Source: Spirochaetales bacterium
Lineage (GTDB): Bacteria; Spirochaetota; Spirochaetia; Sphaerochaetales; Sphaerochaetaceae
Reading direction: 5' to 3'
Assembly: GCA_028722305.1 (NCBI GenBank)
Contig: JAQYHB010000019.1
Coordinates: 21,421-85,420, forward strand
DNA length: 64,000 nt
The notes below the pieces were generated by a model. It was not told the origin of the DNA. It ran no database searches and was given only the letters and a program-made list of their open reading frames with translations. Within the stretch, counting starts at the first letter, position 1, and each line of letters begins with the position of its first letter. This document shows positions 1-8,582 of the stretch, in pieces. Made by a program: the position numbers and the translations under genes.

Positions 1-387
1 AAAGTCGACGTTTCCTTCGACGCGTTCCCCGGGCAGGTCTTCCGCGCCACCATCGTCAAGCTCGGCGCGACGTTGGACACCTCGACCCGCACCCGCGAGG
101 TGACCATCAAGCTGGATAACGACGACGGGCAGGTGATCAGCGGCATGTACGCCCGCGTCAATGTCCTGCTGGACGAGGCTGACGACGCCATCCTGATACC
201 CGGCAACGCCATCAGTGGAGACTCGGTCTTCATCGCCAAGGACGGAATCGCCCACAAGGTGCAGGTCAAGACCGGCATCGAGGCGGACGGCAAGGTCCAG
301 ATTCTCGATGGAGTCAACGCGGGAGACCAGGTGGTTGTCGCCGGTATCTTGCAGCTTTCCGACGGCACCCTTATCAACGTGATCTAA
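1..387 (+). CDS. RND efflux periplasmic adaptor (MFP/HlyD family), C-terminal fragment; 5' end outside window
   Basis: Frame 1 is open from nt 1 to TAA 385-387; the track ORF 73-387 starts at an internal TTG. The sequence (TREVTIKLDN, GMYARVNV, VFIAKDG.A..V.VKTGI) is typical of MFP C-terminal domains. It lies 19 nt upstream of an RND permease, with an AAGGAAGGAG SD in between. Confidence 0.8.
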   Translation, partial: KVDVSFDAFPGQVFRATIVKLGATLDTSTRTREVTIKLDNDDGQVISGMYARVNVLLDEADDAILIPGNAISGDSVFIAKDGIAHKVQVKTGIEADGKVQILDGVNAGDQVVVAGILQLSDGTLINVI

Positions 388-406
388 AGCAAGGAAGGAG
401 CTGTAG

Positions 407-3400
407 ATGTCTGTATCCAAATATTCAGTCAAACACCCGACCATGATGCTGATCATCTTCCTGGTCCTCACGGCCCTGGGTGTCTATTCGGCTACCAGCC
501 TCCCGCTGGACCTGATGCCTGAGATGAACATCCCCTACGTCTTGGTCTCCACGACCTACTCCAATGCCTCGCCGAGCGAGGTCGAGGACAAGGTGACCGA
601 GACGCTGGAAAGCTCCTTGTCCGGCATCTCCGGCCTGAAGCATATCACCAGCACCTCGAGCAAAGGTTCGAGCATGGTCCTGCTTGAGTTCACCACCGAC
701 ACCGACATGAGCGAGGCAACCGGTACGATCCGCGACCGCATCGACATGGTGCGCAACTACCTGCCCGATGACGCGGACAGCCCGACGATCATGAAGGTCG
801 ACCTCAACATGATGCCAATCATCGTGCTTGCCATGAGCAGTGACGACATGAGCGCCGAGGAGCTGAGAACGCTGGGCAACGATACCGTCAAGCCTCGCCT
901 GCAGCAGCTCGATGGTGTCGCCTCCGTCTCCATCATGGGCGGCCGCGAGCGAGCGGTACGCGTCGAGATCTCCAAGCAGAATCTCTCCGCTTTGGACCTT
1001 TCGATCACCACGGTCGGCCAGATGATCGCCGCACAGAACGTCAACACCGCAATCGGCTCCATCGTCGAGAACGGCCTCGACTGGTCCATCACCACCGATG
1101 GCACCTACGACACGATTGACCAGATTGGTGATGTCGTCGTGGCCTACAAGCCCGACGCCAACGGCACGGTCCATCGCGTCCTCTTGAAGGACATCGCCAC
1201 CATCACCGACTCCTTCAAGGATCCGGAGAGCAACGCCTACGTCAACGGAAAGCCCTCCGTCGCGCTGATGGTGACCAAGACCAGCGGTTCGAATACCGTC
1301 GGCGTCGTCCACAGCGTGCGTGACGCGTTGCCCGAGATCGAGGGCATGATCCCCAATTCCGTCATAATCAGCGAGGCGTACAACTCCTCCGACACGATTG
1401 AGGAGTCCATCGCCAGCGTCGCAGAGTCCCTGTACGAAGGCATTCTGCTGGCGGTCATCGTCCTGTTCCTGTTCCTCGCGAACTTCAAGAGCACCCTGAT
1501 CATCGCCATCGCCATCCCCACCTCGCTCTGCATCACCCTGGGAGCCATGTACTTCTCCGGCCTGACGCTGAACCTGATGACGCTGGCGGGCCTGACCCTT
1601 GGCGTCGGCATGCTGGTGGACAACTCCATCGTCGTCCTGGAGAACATCTTCAACTACCGCCAGAGGGGCACGAAAATCACCGTCGCCTCCATTCTCGGAA
1701 GCGAAGAGATGATCATGTCCATCCTCGGCTCCACCCTCACTTCCATCTGCGTCTATCTGCCGATGCTGATGTACAGCAAGGAGCTCGGCCTGATCGGCGA
1801 TGTCTTCAAGGGCCTCGCATTCACCATCTGCTTCTCGCTGACCTGCTCGCTTTTGGTCGCCATGATGCTGGTGCCGGTACTCACCAGCAAGTACCTGAAG
1901 CTGGGAGACCTGCGCAAGCGCAACCTGCTGCAGAGGGGTGTCGACGCCTTCCAGGCCAAGATGGACAACGCCTATGGCGCGATCGTGCGCTTCAACCTGC
2001 ACCACAAGGTCCTGTTCCTCGGCATCCTGGCAGTCCTTGCCGTCGTCACCATCCAGGCGGCCACCAAGGTTGGTTTCAACTACATGCCTGAGTCGATCGA
2101 GAACCAGATGTCCATCAGCATCGAACTGCCTCAAGGCACTGCCTTGGAAGAGACCGACAAGGTGATCACCGGATTCATGGACGTGCTTGCCGACAACATC
2201 AAGGGCACCAAAATCATGATGGGCACGGATGGAAGCGGTATGATGACCATGGGCTCCAGTGGTTCCTACATCGGCTCGATCTACATCATGTTCCCCTCCT
2301 CGAAGGATGCGAAGCCAGGGGACGATACGGTGGCGACCACCAAGCGCAAGATTCCTGAGCTAGCGAAACAGTTCCCCCAGGCCACGATTACCGTCAACAA
2401 CAGCCAGTCCGCGGGTTCTTCCTCCAGCGGCATGGAGCTGAAGATCAAGAGCAGCAACCTGGACCTTGCCCGCGAGACCAGCAAAAAAGTGCTCGACCTG
2501 CTCGACACGCAGGCAGGCGACTACATCTACGACATCGAGAGCGACTTGAAAGAAGGTCTGCCAGAGGCGCAGATTGTCTATGACCGCGAGCGCATGTACA
2601 TGCTCGGCCTGACCGTCAGCGGTGTCAACGCCGAGCTGCGGGCCCAGGTCAACGGCACGACCTTCGGGCGCATCTCCCTTGGCAGCGATGACGTCGACAT
2701 CGTCGTCAGCACGCCGAAGAGCGAGAACACCCGGCTGATGGATCTGGACTCCCTCGAGGTGACCACCTCCAGCGGCGCGAAGGTCCCGCTTTCCTCCTTC
2801 GCCCATTACGAGGAGACCCGCTCCCCCCTGTCCATCGCCCGTGAGGACCAGTCCTTCATCGTGACGATTACCGGACAGTGGCAGCCTGGGGTTGCAGTCA
2901 GCACCGCCCAAAGGGCGATCGACAAGCTGATCGACGAGAACATTCCGCTTACCGACGACCTTCTGATCGAGGCGGGTGGCGATTACGACGACATGATGAC
3001 GGCCATCAGGGTCTTCATCAAGATCATCACCGTCGCCATCATCCTGGTCTACGCGGTCATGGCAAGCCAGTTCGAGTCCTTCCTGAAGCCGTTCATCATC
3101 TTCTTCACGATTCCGCTCGCCTTGATCGGTGTCGTCTGGATCTACTTGCTGATGGGCTCCACCTTCAACGTCATCACCGTTGTCGGCCTGCTCGTCCTGG
3201 TCGGTACCATCGTCAACAACGGCATCGTCCTAGTGGACTACACGGGACTCCTGCAGAGACGTGGCTACAACATCGAGGAGGCCTGTGTGCGCGCCGCGAA
3301 AAGCAGACTCCGCCCGATTCTGATGTCGACCCTGACCACCGTGCTCGCCCTGATTCCCATGGCGTTCAACAGTGGCGAAGGTTCGGCCCAGATGCAGCCG

Positions 3401-3595
3401 ATTGGCCAGACCGTCCTTGGCGGCATGACCTTCGGTTCGGCCATGACCTTGTTGTTGATGCCGGTCCTCTACTACGCCTTCTTCAAGGGCGCTGAGAAAC
3501 GCAGGAACAAGCGGTTGCAGAAGGAAAGGCAGCAGCTTGAGGCCGATTTGGCCAACGCTGGCATGCTCGCCAAAGGAGGAGAGGAAACCAAATGA
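407..3595 (+). CDS. RND efflux permease, AcrB/AcrD/AcrF (HAE1-like) family
   Basis: 1062-aa ORF starting at ATG 407 after an AAGGAAGGAG SD. It has two hydrophobic blocks separated by large soluble loops. Conserved TM4/TM10-type motifs are present: GVGMLVDNSIVVLENI and LVGTIVNNGIVLVDY. Confidence 0.95.
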   Translation: MSVSKYSVKHPTMMLIIFLVLTALGVYSATSLPLDLMPEMNIPYVLVSTTYSNASPSEVEDKVTETLESSLSGISGLKHITSTSSKGSSMVLLEFTTDTDMSEATGTIRDRIDMVRNYLPDDADSPTIMKVDLNMMPIIVLAMSSDDMSAEELRTLGNDTVKPRLQQLDGVASVSIMGGRERAVRVEISKQNLSALDLSITTVGQMIAAQNVNTAIGSIVENGLDWSITTDGTYDTIDQIGDVVVAYKPDANGTVHRVLLKDIATITDSFKDPESNAYVNGKPSVALMVTKTSGSNTVGVVHSVRDALPEIEGMIPNSVIISEAYNSSDTIEESIASVAESLYEGILLAVIVLFLFLANFKSTLIIAIAIPTSLCITLGAMYFSGLTLNLMTLAGLTLGVGMLVDNSIVVLENIFNYRQRGTKITVASILGSEEMIMSILGSTLTSICVYLPMLMYSKELGLIGDVFKGLAFTICFSLTCSLLVAMMLVPVLTSKYLKLGDLRKRNLLQRGVDAFQAKMDNAYGAIVRFNLHHKVLFLGILAVLAVVTIQAATKVGFNYMPESIENQMSISIELPQGTALEETDKVITGFMDVLADNIKGTKIMMGTDGSGMMTMGSSGSYIGSIYIMFPSSKDAKPGDDTVATTKRKIPELAKQFPQATITVNNSQSAGSSSSGMELKIKSSNLDLARETSKKVLDLLDTQAGDYIYDIESDLKEGLPEAQIVYDRERMYMLGLTVSGVNAELRAQVNGTTFGRISLGSDDVDIVVSTPKSENTRLMDLDSLEVTTSSGAKVPLSSFAHYEETRSPLSIAREDQSFIVTITGQWQPGVAVSTAQRAIDKLIDENIPLTDDLLIEAGGDYDDMMTAIRVFIKIITVAIILVYAVMASQFESFLKPFIIFFTIPLALIGVVWIYLLMGSTFNVITVVGLLVLVGTIVNNGIVLVDYTGLLQRRGYNIEEACVRAAKSRLRPILMSTLTTVLALIPMAFNSGEGSAQMQPIGQTVLGGMTFGSAMTLLLMPVLYYAFFKGAEKRRNKRLQKERQQLEADLANAGMLAKGGEETK

Positions 3596-3879
3596 AGAAA
3601 TTGGAAATCATTCTGAGCCAGGCCATCGATGAGGATTTCTCCCGTCTGTGCGAGGTCCGCGAGGTCGGCCAGCATTTCACCAAGAGTGTCGGAGTCATGG
3701 GAAAGGGCAACACCATTCCCAAGATGGCCGATGACACCTGGCCGCAGGAGAACGTCCACTACATGATGATTGTGGAAGACAACGAGGTCGAGCCAATCAG
3801 GCAGATTGTCGAATACCTGCGCACCCAGTTCCCCGACGAGGGCATCGCAGGATTCGTCACCGACTGCGAACCTCTCTGA
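3592..3879 (+). CDS. small soluble alpha/beta protein, P-II/DUF3240-like transporter-associated ORF
   Basis: ATGA start/stop overlap with the permease (3592-3595), with a GGAGGAGAGG SD inside the permease 3' end. 95 aa, no TM segment or signal peptide. The alternating strand/helix pattern resembles ferredoxin-like folds. Codon usage matches neighbouring genes. Confidence 0.6.
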   Translation: MKKLEIILSQAIDEDFSRLCEVREVGQHFTKSVGVMGKGNTIPKMADDTWPQENVHYMMIVEDNEVEPIRQIVEYLRTQFPDEGIAGFVTDCEPL

Positions 3880-3960
3880 AGAAGATTCTTGCTCCTACGA
3901 GCGGGAGGCCGGACGGCTTCCCGCTTTTCGTATCCCTCTTGCCAGTGGTAGACTAGCTTC

Positions 3961-5595
3961 ATGCAGGACAACACCGTACGGAAAGAGGAAAGAGAGAAAA
4001 TCCTTCAGTTTCCCAAAAGACACGCGTTTCCGCTTAGGGAGAAAATCGCCTTCGGAGTCCTCTGCGCCCTCGGGGGCTTCGCCACTTCCCTGATTGTCTT
4101 GGGAACCAGGAAACAACCAGCTCCCGCCCAGATCGAGAGGCAGCCACTCCCGACCACACAGCCCTCCGTCATAGCGCCGCAACCCACGCCCTCTTCCCCG
4201 TCCACAGCCAGGGATCTGAACGCGGAGCTTGTCGAGGCGCTCCAACAGGGGGACTCCAAGGCGGTGGAAGCTGTAATCAGGGAAGGAGCCTACCCTCACC
4301 TGCTCTTCCATGGGAAAAGCCTGATGGAGTGGGCTGTCTCCAACGACCAAGCGGAACTGGTCGCGCTGCTCGCGGAAGAGGGTCTGGACCCGGAGGCTTT
4401 CGATCCAGAGACCGGAACAACCCTGCTCCACAGGGCGATGGCTACGCATGCGTCTACGGATACGGTCAAAGCTCTGCTTGACGCCGGCGCGAACGTTCAT
4501 GTCCTCGACCATGAGAACCGCAACGCGCTGCACTGGGCGGCGGAAAAAGGGGAAAGCGAGGACGTGCTTGCCCTGCTGGTTGAAAAGGGCATCAACCCGC
4601 AAGACGAGGACTCCTTCGGCTGGAACGCAAGCAAGTACGCCCAGCATGCGGGGTACCAGCAGCTGGTGGACAAGCTGGAAGAGCTTGGCGCCCCAAGTCA
4701 TGCCACCATCGCCAAGCGGGAGGCCGACCTGCTGAGGCAGAGCGCGGCAAGCCGGATCGAGGTGCTGAACCAAAACGATGCCGCGGAGCTTGATGATTTG
4801 CTCCAAGAAATCGACAGGCTTTACGCAAGCTATCTGCTCAGATTGCCTGCCTTCGCGAGGCGGCTCTACACTGCCCGCTCGATCATGAACCGGTCGGCGT
4901 GGACACTGAGGATGGAAGCGATGCGCATCGCAAGCATGGCGAAAGGTCTGTTCGCTCCAAGCAGAAGCCAGGAAAGTTACGACAGGGAAGAAAAGGAAAC
5001 GGTGGCGGAGGAAATCCAGGCTGCATTTGAGCATGAAGTATTCACTCCCGACCAGCTACGGAACGCGCTTCAGGAGAGGCTTACCGATTTCAGCTATCAG
5101 GTCAATCAGAACCGCACCGATTTCCATCACGCGATCGCCGGTCTCTACGCGGCTAGTCCCAACCTGGAATCAATCGACATAGCCACGCTGAACCATGAGT
5201 TCGATTCCAGTTTTCCCCTTGTCGAGGATGAGGAAAACCTTGCTGGCAAGACACGAGAAGATGGGCTAATCCTGATTGGCAGCACCGCTCTCGGCGCTAC
5301 CAGCGGATGTTTCATCGGGGTCCTGCCAGGACCACTGGACAACCTGATTTTCGGCGGGATTGGTGCTCTGACGGGTACCACCATCGACCTGCTCCGCAGC
5401 CAGGACAGGCAGAACCAGCTGGTCCAGACCTACACCCAAACGCTCATCGGGCAACGTGACACCATCAAAGCCCGGATCCGGGAAGCATGCGAGGAATCCT
5501 TCTCCACGTGGAGAAAGGACGAGCTCGAGCTGCTTGATGCCAACACCAAGGAAGACTTCGGCTGGCTGGATACCTATCAGGGATTTCCCATTTAG
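3961..5595 (+). CDS. membrane-anchored ankyrin-repeat protein
   Basis: One N-terminal TM segment (IAFGVLCALGGFATSLIVLG), then a Pro-rich linker. About four ANK repeats follow (TLLHRAM...VKALLDAGANVHVLDHENRNALHWAAEKG...VLALLVEKGINPQ). A long helical region leads to a Gly-rich hydrophobic segment (GLILIGSTALGATSGCFIGVLPGPLDNLIFGGIGALTGTTI). Confidence 0.75.
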   Translation: MQDNTVRKEEREKILQFPKRHAFPLREKIAFGVLCALGGFATSLIVLGTRKQPAPAQIERQPLPTTQPSVIAPQPTPSSPSTARDLNAELVEALQQGDSKAVEAVIREGAYPHLLFHGKSLMEWAVSNDQAELVALLAEEGLDPEAFDPETGTTLLHRAMATHASTDTVKALLDAGANVHVLDHENRNALHWAAEKGESEDVLALLVEKGINPQDEDSFGWNASKYAQHAGYQQLVDKLEELGAPSHATIAKREADLLRQSAASRIEVLNQNDAAELDDLLQEIDRLYASYLLRLPAFARRLYTARSIMNRSAWTLRMEAMRIASMAKGLFAPSRSQESYDREEKETVAEEIQAAFEHEVFTPDQLRNALQERLTDFSYQVNQNRTDFHHAIAGLYAASPNLESIDIATLNHEFDSSFPLVEDEENLAGKTREDGLILIGSTALGATSGCFIGVLPGPLDNLIFGGIGALTGTTIDLLRSQDRQNQLVQTYTQTLIGQRDTIKARIREACEESFSTWRKDELELLDANTKEDFGWLDTYQGFPI

Positions 5596-7076
5596 CGGAA
5601 CAGTGGCGCCAAGGCTTTCTGGTAGCCTCTAAAGCGTTTGAGCGCTTCTTGGTACGCCTCCGCGGCCTCCGGATCCGGCACGCATCCCGAGGCCGAGTCC
5701 AACGCAACGTGGCGTTTGCAGATCGCAGCCAGGTCGCCACCCTCTTCTCCACTAGCCCACAGCGCCTGCAGGGCGCCGCCGAGGGCAGCGCTCTCCCCGA
5801 TCACGCTGATCGAGACAGGGACGCCAAACACATCGCTGGCCATCTGTCTCCACAACGGGCTCTTCGCACCGCCACCGGTAAGCAGGATCCGGCTTGGAAC
5901 CATCGCCTTCGCCCGGAAGGCGTCCACGCCGTCCATCAGCGAGAAGACCGCGCTTTCCATGGCCGCCCGGGCGAGGGTAGCCTTCGAGCAGTTGGTGGGG
6001 TCAAACCCCGCGAACACCGCTTTGCCATGGGGGAAATTCGGAGTCCGCTCCCCGTTGAAATAGGGGAGAATCACAACTCCACGGCTTCCAATCGGCTCCT
6101 GGGCGGCAAGGGTGTTCAACTCTGCAAGGGACATGCAAAAGAGAGCCCTAATCTGCTCGGTGGCGATCGTGCAGTTCATCGTGCACATCAACGGCAGGTA
6201 CCCGTTGTTCGAGCTGCAGAAGCCGGAAATCGCTCCCGCCTCATCGACAATCGGTTCATCGCTATAGGCAAAGACGGTACCGCTCGTGCCCATGCTCACC
6301 GTCATGGCGCCCTTCTCCACGCAACCGGTGCCGATTGCCGCCATCATGTTATCCCCACCGCCCGCAGAGACAATCACCGAAGAAGACAGGCCGAGTTCCC
6401 TCGCCAGAGCCGGGCGGACTGTCCCTATTACCTCGTTGTCGGAAACCAATTCAGGAAGCAGGCTACCCCAATCCGCGCAAGGGTCGACCGCATCCAGGAC
6501 GGGTCTGCTCCAACAAAGGTGGGCGATATCGAACATGGCAGTACCACTCGCATCCCCCCGCTCCATCACATACCTGCCAGTCAGCCAGTAGTTGAGCCAG
6601 TCATGGGGCAACAGGATATGGGCAAGCCGTGCCCACAAATCGGGATGGCTGAGTTTCATGGCATAGATCTTGCCGATGGTGAACCCGGTCTTGAACTGGT
6701 TACCCACCAATGCGATGGCCTTTTCCTCTCCCCCGATTTTTGTCGTCAGCTTATCGCATTCGGCTACCGTCGAAGTATCGCACCAGAGCTTGACCGGCGC
6801 GATCACGTTGCCATCCCTGTCCAAAGGAACAAACCCATGCTGCTGGCCGGATACGCCGATACCCTTGATCTTCCGTCTAATCTCCGAATCAAGCTGTTTA
6901 AAGCAGTCGACCACCGCGTCGGTGAACCAGACGGCTTCCTGCTCCCGCGAGCCGTCCTCTCGGCTTATCAAAGGATATGTATGGGAACTGTGGGCGACAA
7001 TCGCCTTTGCTTCCGTGTCATACACCACCACCTTGGTGCTCTGGGTTCCGCAATCAATACCGGCAAACAAACTCAT
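5592..7076 (-). CDS. xylB: xylulokinase (FGGY carbohydrate kinase family)
   Basis: 494 aa. N-terminal GIDCGTQSTK and later GGGDNMMAAIGTG motifs are typical of FGGY kinases of the xylulokinase type. Its stop overlaps the convergent ankyrin gene stop (TTAG 5592-5595). Confidence 0.75.
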   Translation of the reverse strand: MSLFAGIDCGTQSTKVVVYDTEAKAIVAHSSHTYPLISREDGSREQEAVWFTDAVVDCFKQLDSEIRRKIKGIGVSGQQHGFVPLDRDGNVIAPVKLWCDTSTVAECDKLTTKIGGEEKAIALVGNQFKTGFTIGKIYAMKLSHPDLWARLAHILLPHDWLNYWLTGRYVMERGDASGTAMFDIAHLCWSRPVLDAVDPCADWGSLLPELVSDNEVIGTVRPALARELGLSSSVIVSAGGGDNMMAAIGTGCVEKGAMTVSMGTSGTVFAYSDEPIVDEAGAISGFCSSNNGYLPLMCTMNCTIATEQIRALFCMSLAELNTLAAQEPIGSRGVVILPYFNGERTPNFPHGKAVFAGFDPTNCSKATLARAAMESAVFSLMDGVDAFRAKAMVPSRILLTGGGAKSPLWRQMASDVFGVPVSISVIGESAALGGALQALWASGEEGGDLAAICKRHVALDSASGCVPDPEAAEAYQEALKRFRGYQKALAPLFR

Positions 7077-7159
7077 GGATTTCCCCTTTCCGCATCATTG
7101 TACGACAACCAGGTTTCCAAGTCCAAACAAATTGCCAATAGACGATGGTTCATGCCCAT

Positions 7160-7400
7160 ACGTCCCTGTATACGCATATGTATCCCTACCAGATAAAGGT
7201 ATACGCATACGCAGCTGTATACGTTCATGACATTTAAAGCAAATACCGACACAGAAACCTATACGTATACGTATACAATTGTAGTATTCTATTTATTTAC
7301 AACAAATAATTACAAAAAGCGTATACGTATACGGCAACGTATCTGTATTCATAATATGAGTGACGAAGAAAAAAAGTATACGCATAAGGATACGCCTCAT
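7160..7400. repeat. array of ATACGY hexamers / GTATACGTATAC palindromes (array 1)
   Basis: Copies seen: GTATACGCATATG (7168), GTATACGCATACGC (7199), GTATACGTT (7217), TATACGTATACGTATAC (7260-7276), GCGTATACGTATACGG (7319-7334) and GTATACGCATAAGGATACGC (7376-7395). Confidence 0.8.
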
Positions 7401-7559
7401 CATCAAACACAAGTCACTCGGTACAAAGCAAGATTCTCAACAGGCATGCCCTGGTTTTAGACGCTTGTCTCTTGGAAACCTCCATACAATCATCGCTTCA
7501 AAGTTTTGGCATGCCCTGTTCCATCAACGCTTTGAACGATCGTTCCAAGTATCGCCAGC

Positions 7560-7787
7560 TTATAAGCCATATGTTTCCTTTATAACTGACAAAGCTACTG
7601 CCGCATCCCTGGTTTTTCCGTCCTTTATCTGATTCTCGGAAATTTCCAGCTCACAAACAATCTTTTGTTTTTGATACATATCCCTAAAGGCTCCCTTACC
7701 ATTCCTGGCCGCATACAGGGGGTTCTGTGCCATCTTTGTACCTTTTAGACGTATCTTCATATCGCTGATTGGGACCTTTTGCGGCAT
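7560..7787 (-). CDS. hypothetical 75-aa protein between the two repeat arrays
   Basis: ATG 7787 is preceded by AGGAG (7796-7800) at 8-nt spacing. The track ORF 7560-7826 has a longer start without an SD. AT-rich codons and no recognisable domain. Confidence 0.3.
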   Translation of the reverse strand: MPQKVPISDMKIRLKGTKMAQNPLYAARNGKGAFRDMYQKQKIVCELEISENQIKDGKTRDAAVALSVIKETYGL

Positions 7788-7917
7788 ATAATAGGCTCCT
7801 GGCAAACTAGGTTTTGATGGCATCAATCATACCAGAAATGTTCTGGGGGCCATAGCGTGCTGATAGTTTACTAGATAAAAAAAAGACAGCCCCAGACCTG
7901 TAACTGAAAATCAATCA

Positions 7918-8030
7918 TATTATATACGTATGAGTGTACACATACGCTGTATTATTGAACAATGCAATTCATATATCTGTAATAAAATAGATAAAATGCC
8001 TACACGCATACGTATACATATACGCTAATA
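7918..8030. repeat. array of ATACGY hexamers / palindromes (array 2)
   Basis: TATATACGTATGAG...GTACACATACGCTGTAT (7921-7952) and TACACGCATACGTATACATATACGC (8001-8025), set in very AT-rich DNA. Confidence 0.75.
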
Positions 8031-8582
8031 TTACAAGCACAAGAAATCCTACAACGTAGTGTCTTGCTCGTATCGTGATGCAATTCTTGTCACACCTGCA
8101 TGGCACATTGCAATACAAGACAAGGATGCGGATGCCATTGCAGTCCCACTTGATTGTCTTCACCCGTTCCACCCATTCGTTGACGGAATATCTTCGGATC
8201 CGGCCTCTCCCGCAACCAACCTACACCGGATACCGGCCATCCATGCATTCCACGATGCTACATACCGAACGCATACGGATGCTCCGGCAAAAGCTGCATT
8301 GCATCGAGGAATACCCTCTCTCCCTTATCCTCAAGTCGAACGGGTTACGTTCCATCCGGGGGGATTATGATGGTAAAAGCTCCTTCCAACCCTGTTCTGT
8401 GTTGGCGGGACTACACGCATTACACATAGCAGGAACCACGCATGGATCCATATGCTCATTTCTTGAAGCGTTCTAATAAAATATATTAGATTAACATTCC
8501 TTTATAGGTCTATTAAATATGCACATTCTTCTATATCACACGAATCATATACTATCAACCAGGCTCTGCTCTATGTCTCTCA

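Noticed and set aside
425-2134. 569-aa ORF antisense to the RND permease gene
   Set aside because: A shadow ORF typical of GC-rich coding DNA. The translation is low-complexity (runs of D, G, R, H, Q) with no motifs, and it lies entirely inside a gene with strong AcrB-type signatures.
3895-5034. 379-aa ORF antisense to the ankyrin-repeat gene
   Set aside because: The sense frame shows canonical ANK repeats; the antisense translation has no features.
5592-5595. 4-nt stop-to-stop overlap of the convergent ankyrin and xylB genes (TTAG)
   Set aside because: Noted as a curiosity only. Convergent overlaps of a few nucleotides are common in compact genomes, and there is no associated structure.
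7227-7460. 77-aa ORF reading TYTYTYT through the repeat array
   Set aside because: The periodic TYTYT translation is simply the TATACG repeat read in frame. There is no SD, and the region is AT-rich intergenic DNA.
7077-8100. Chromosomal or plasmid replication origin (AT-rich DNA with iteron-like repeats)
   Set aside because: I saw no DnaA boxes (TTATCCACA or close variants). No dnaA, dnaN or rep gene is adjacent, and there is no long AT-rich unwinding element beyond short patches. The repeats are kept as a finding, but an origin call is not supportable.
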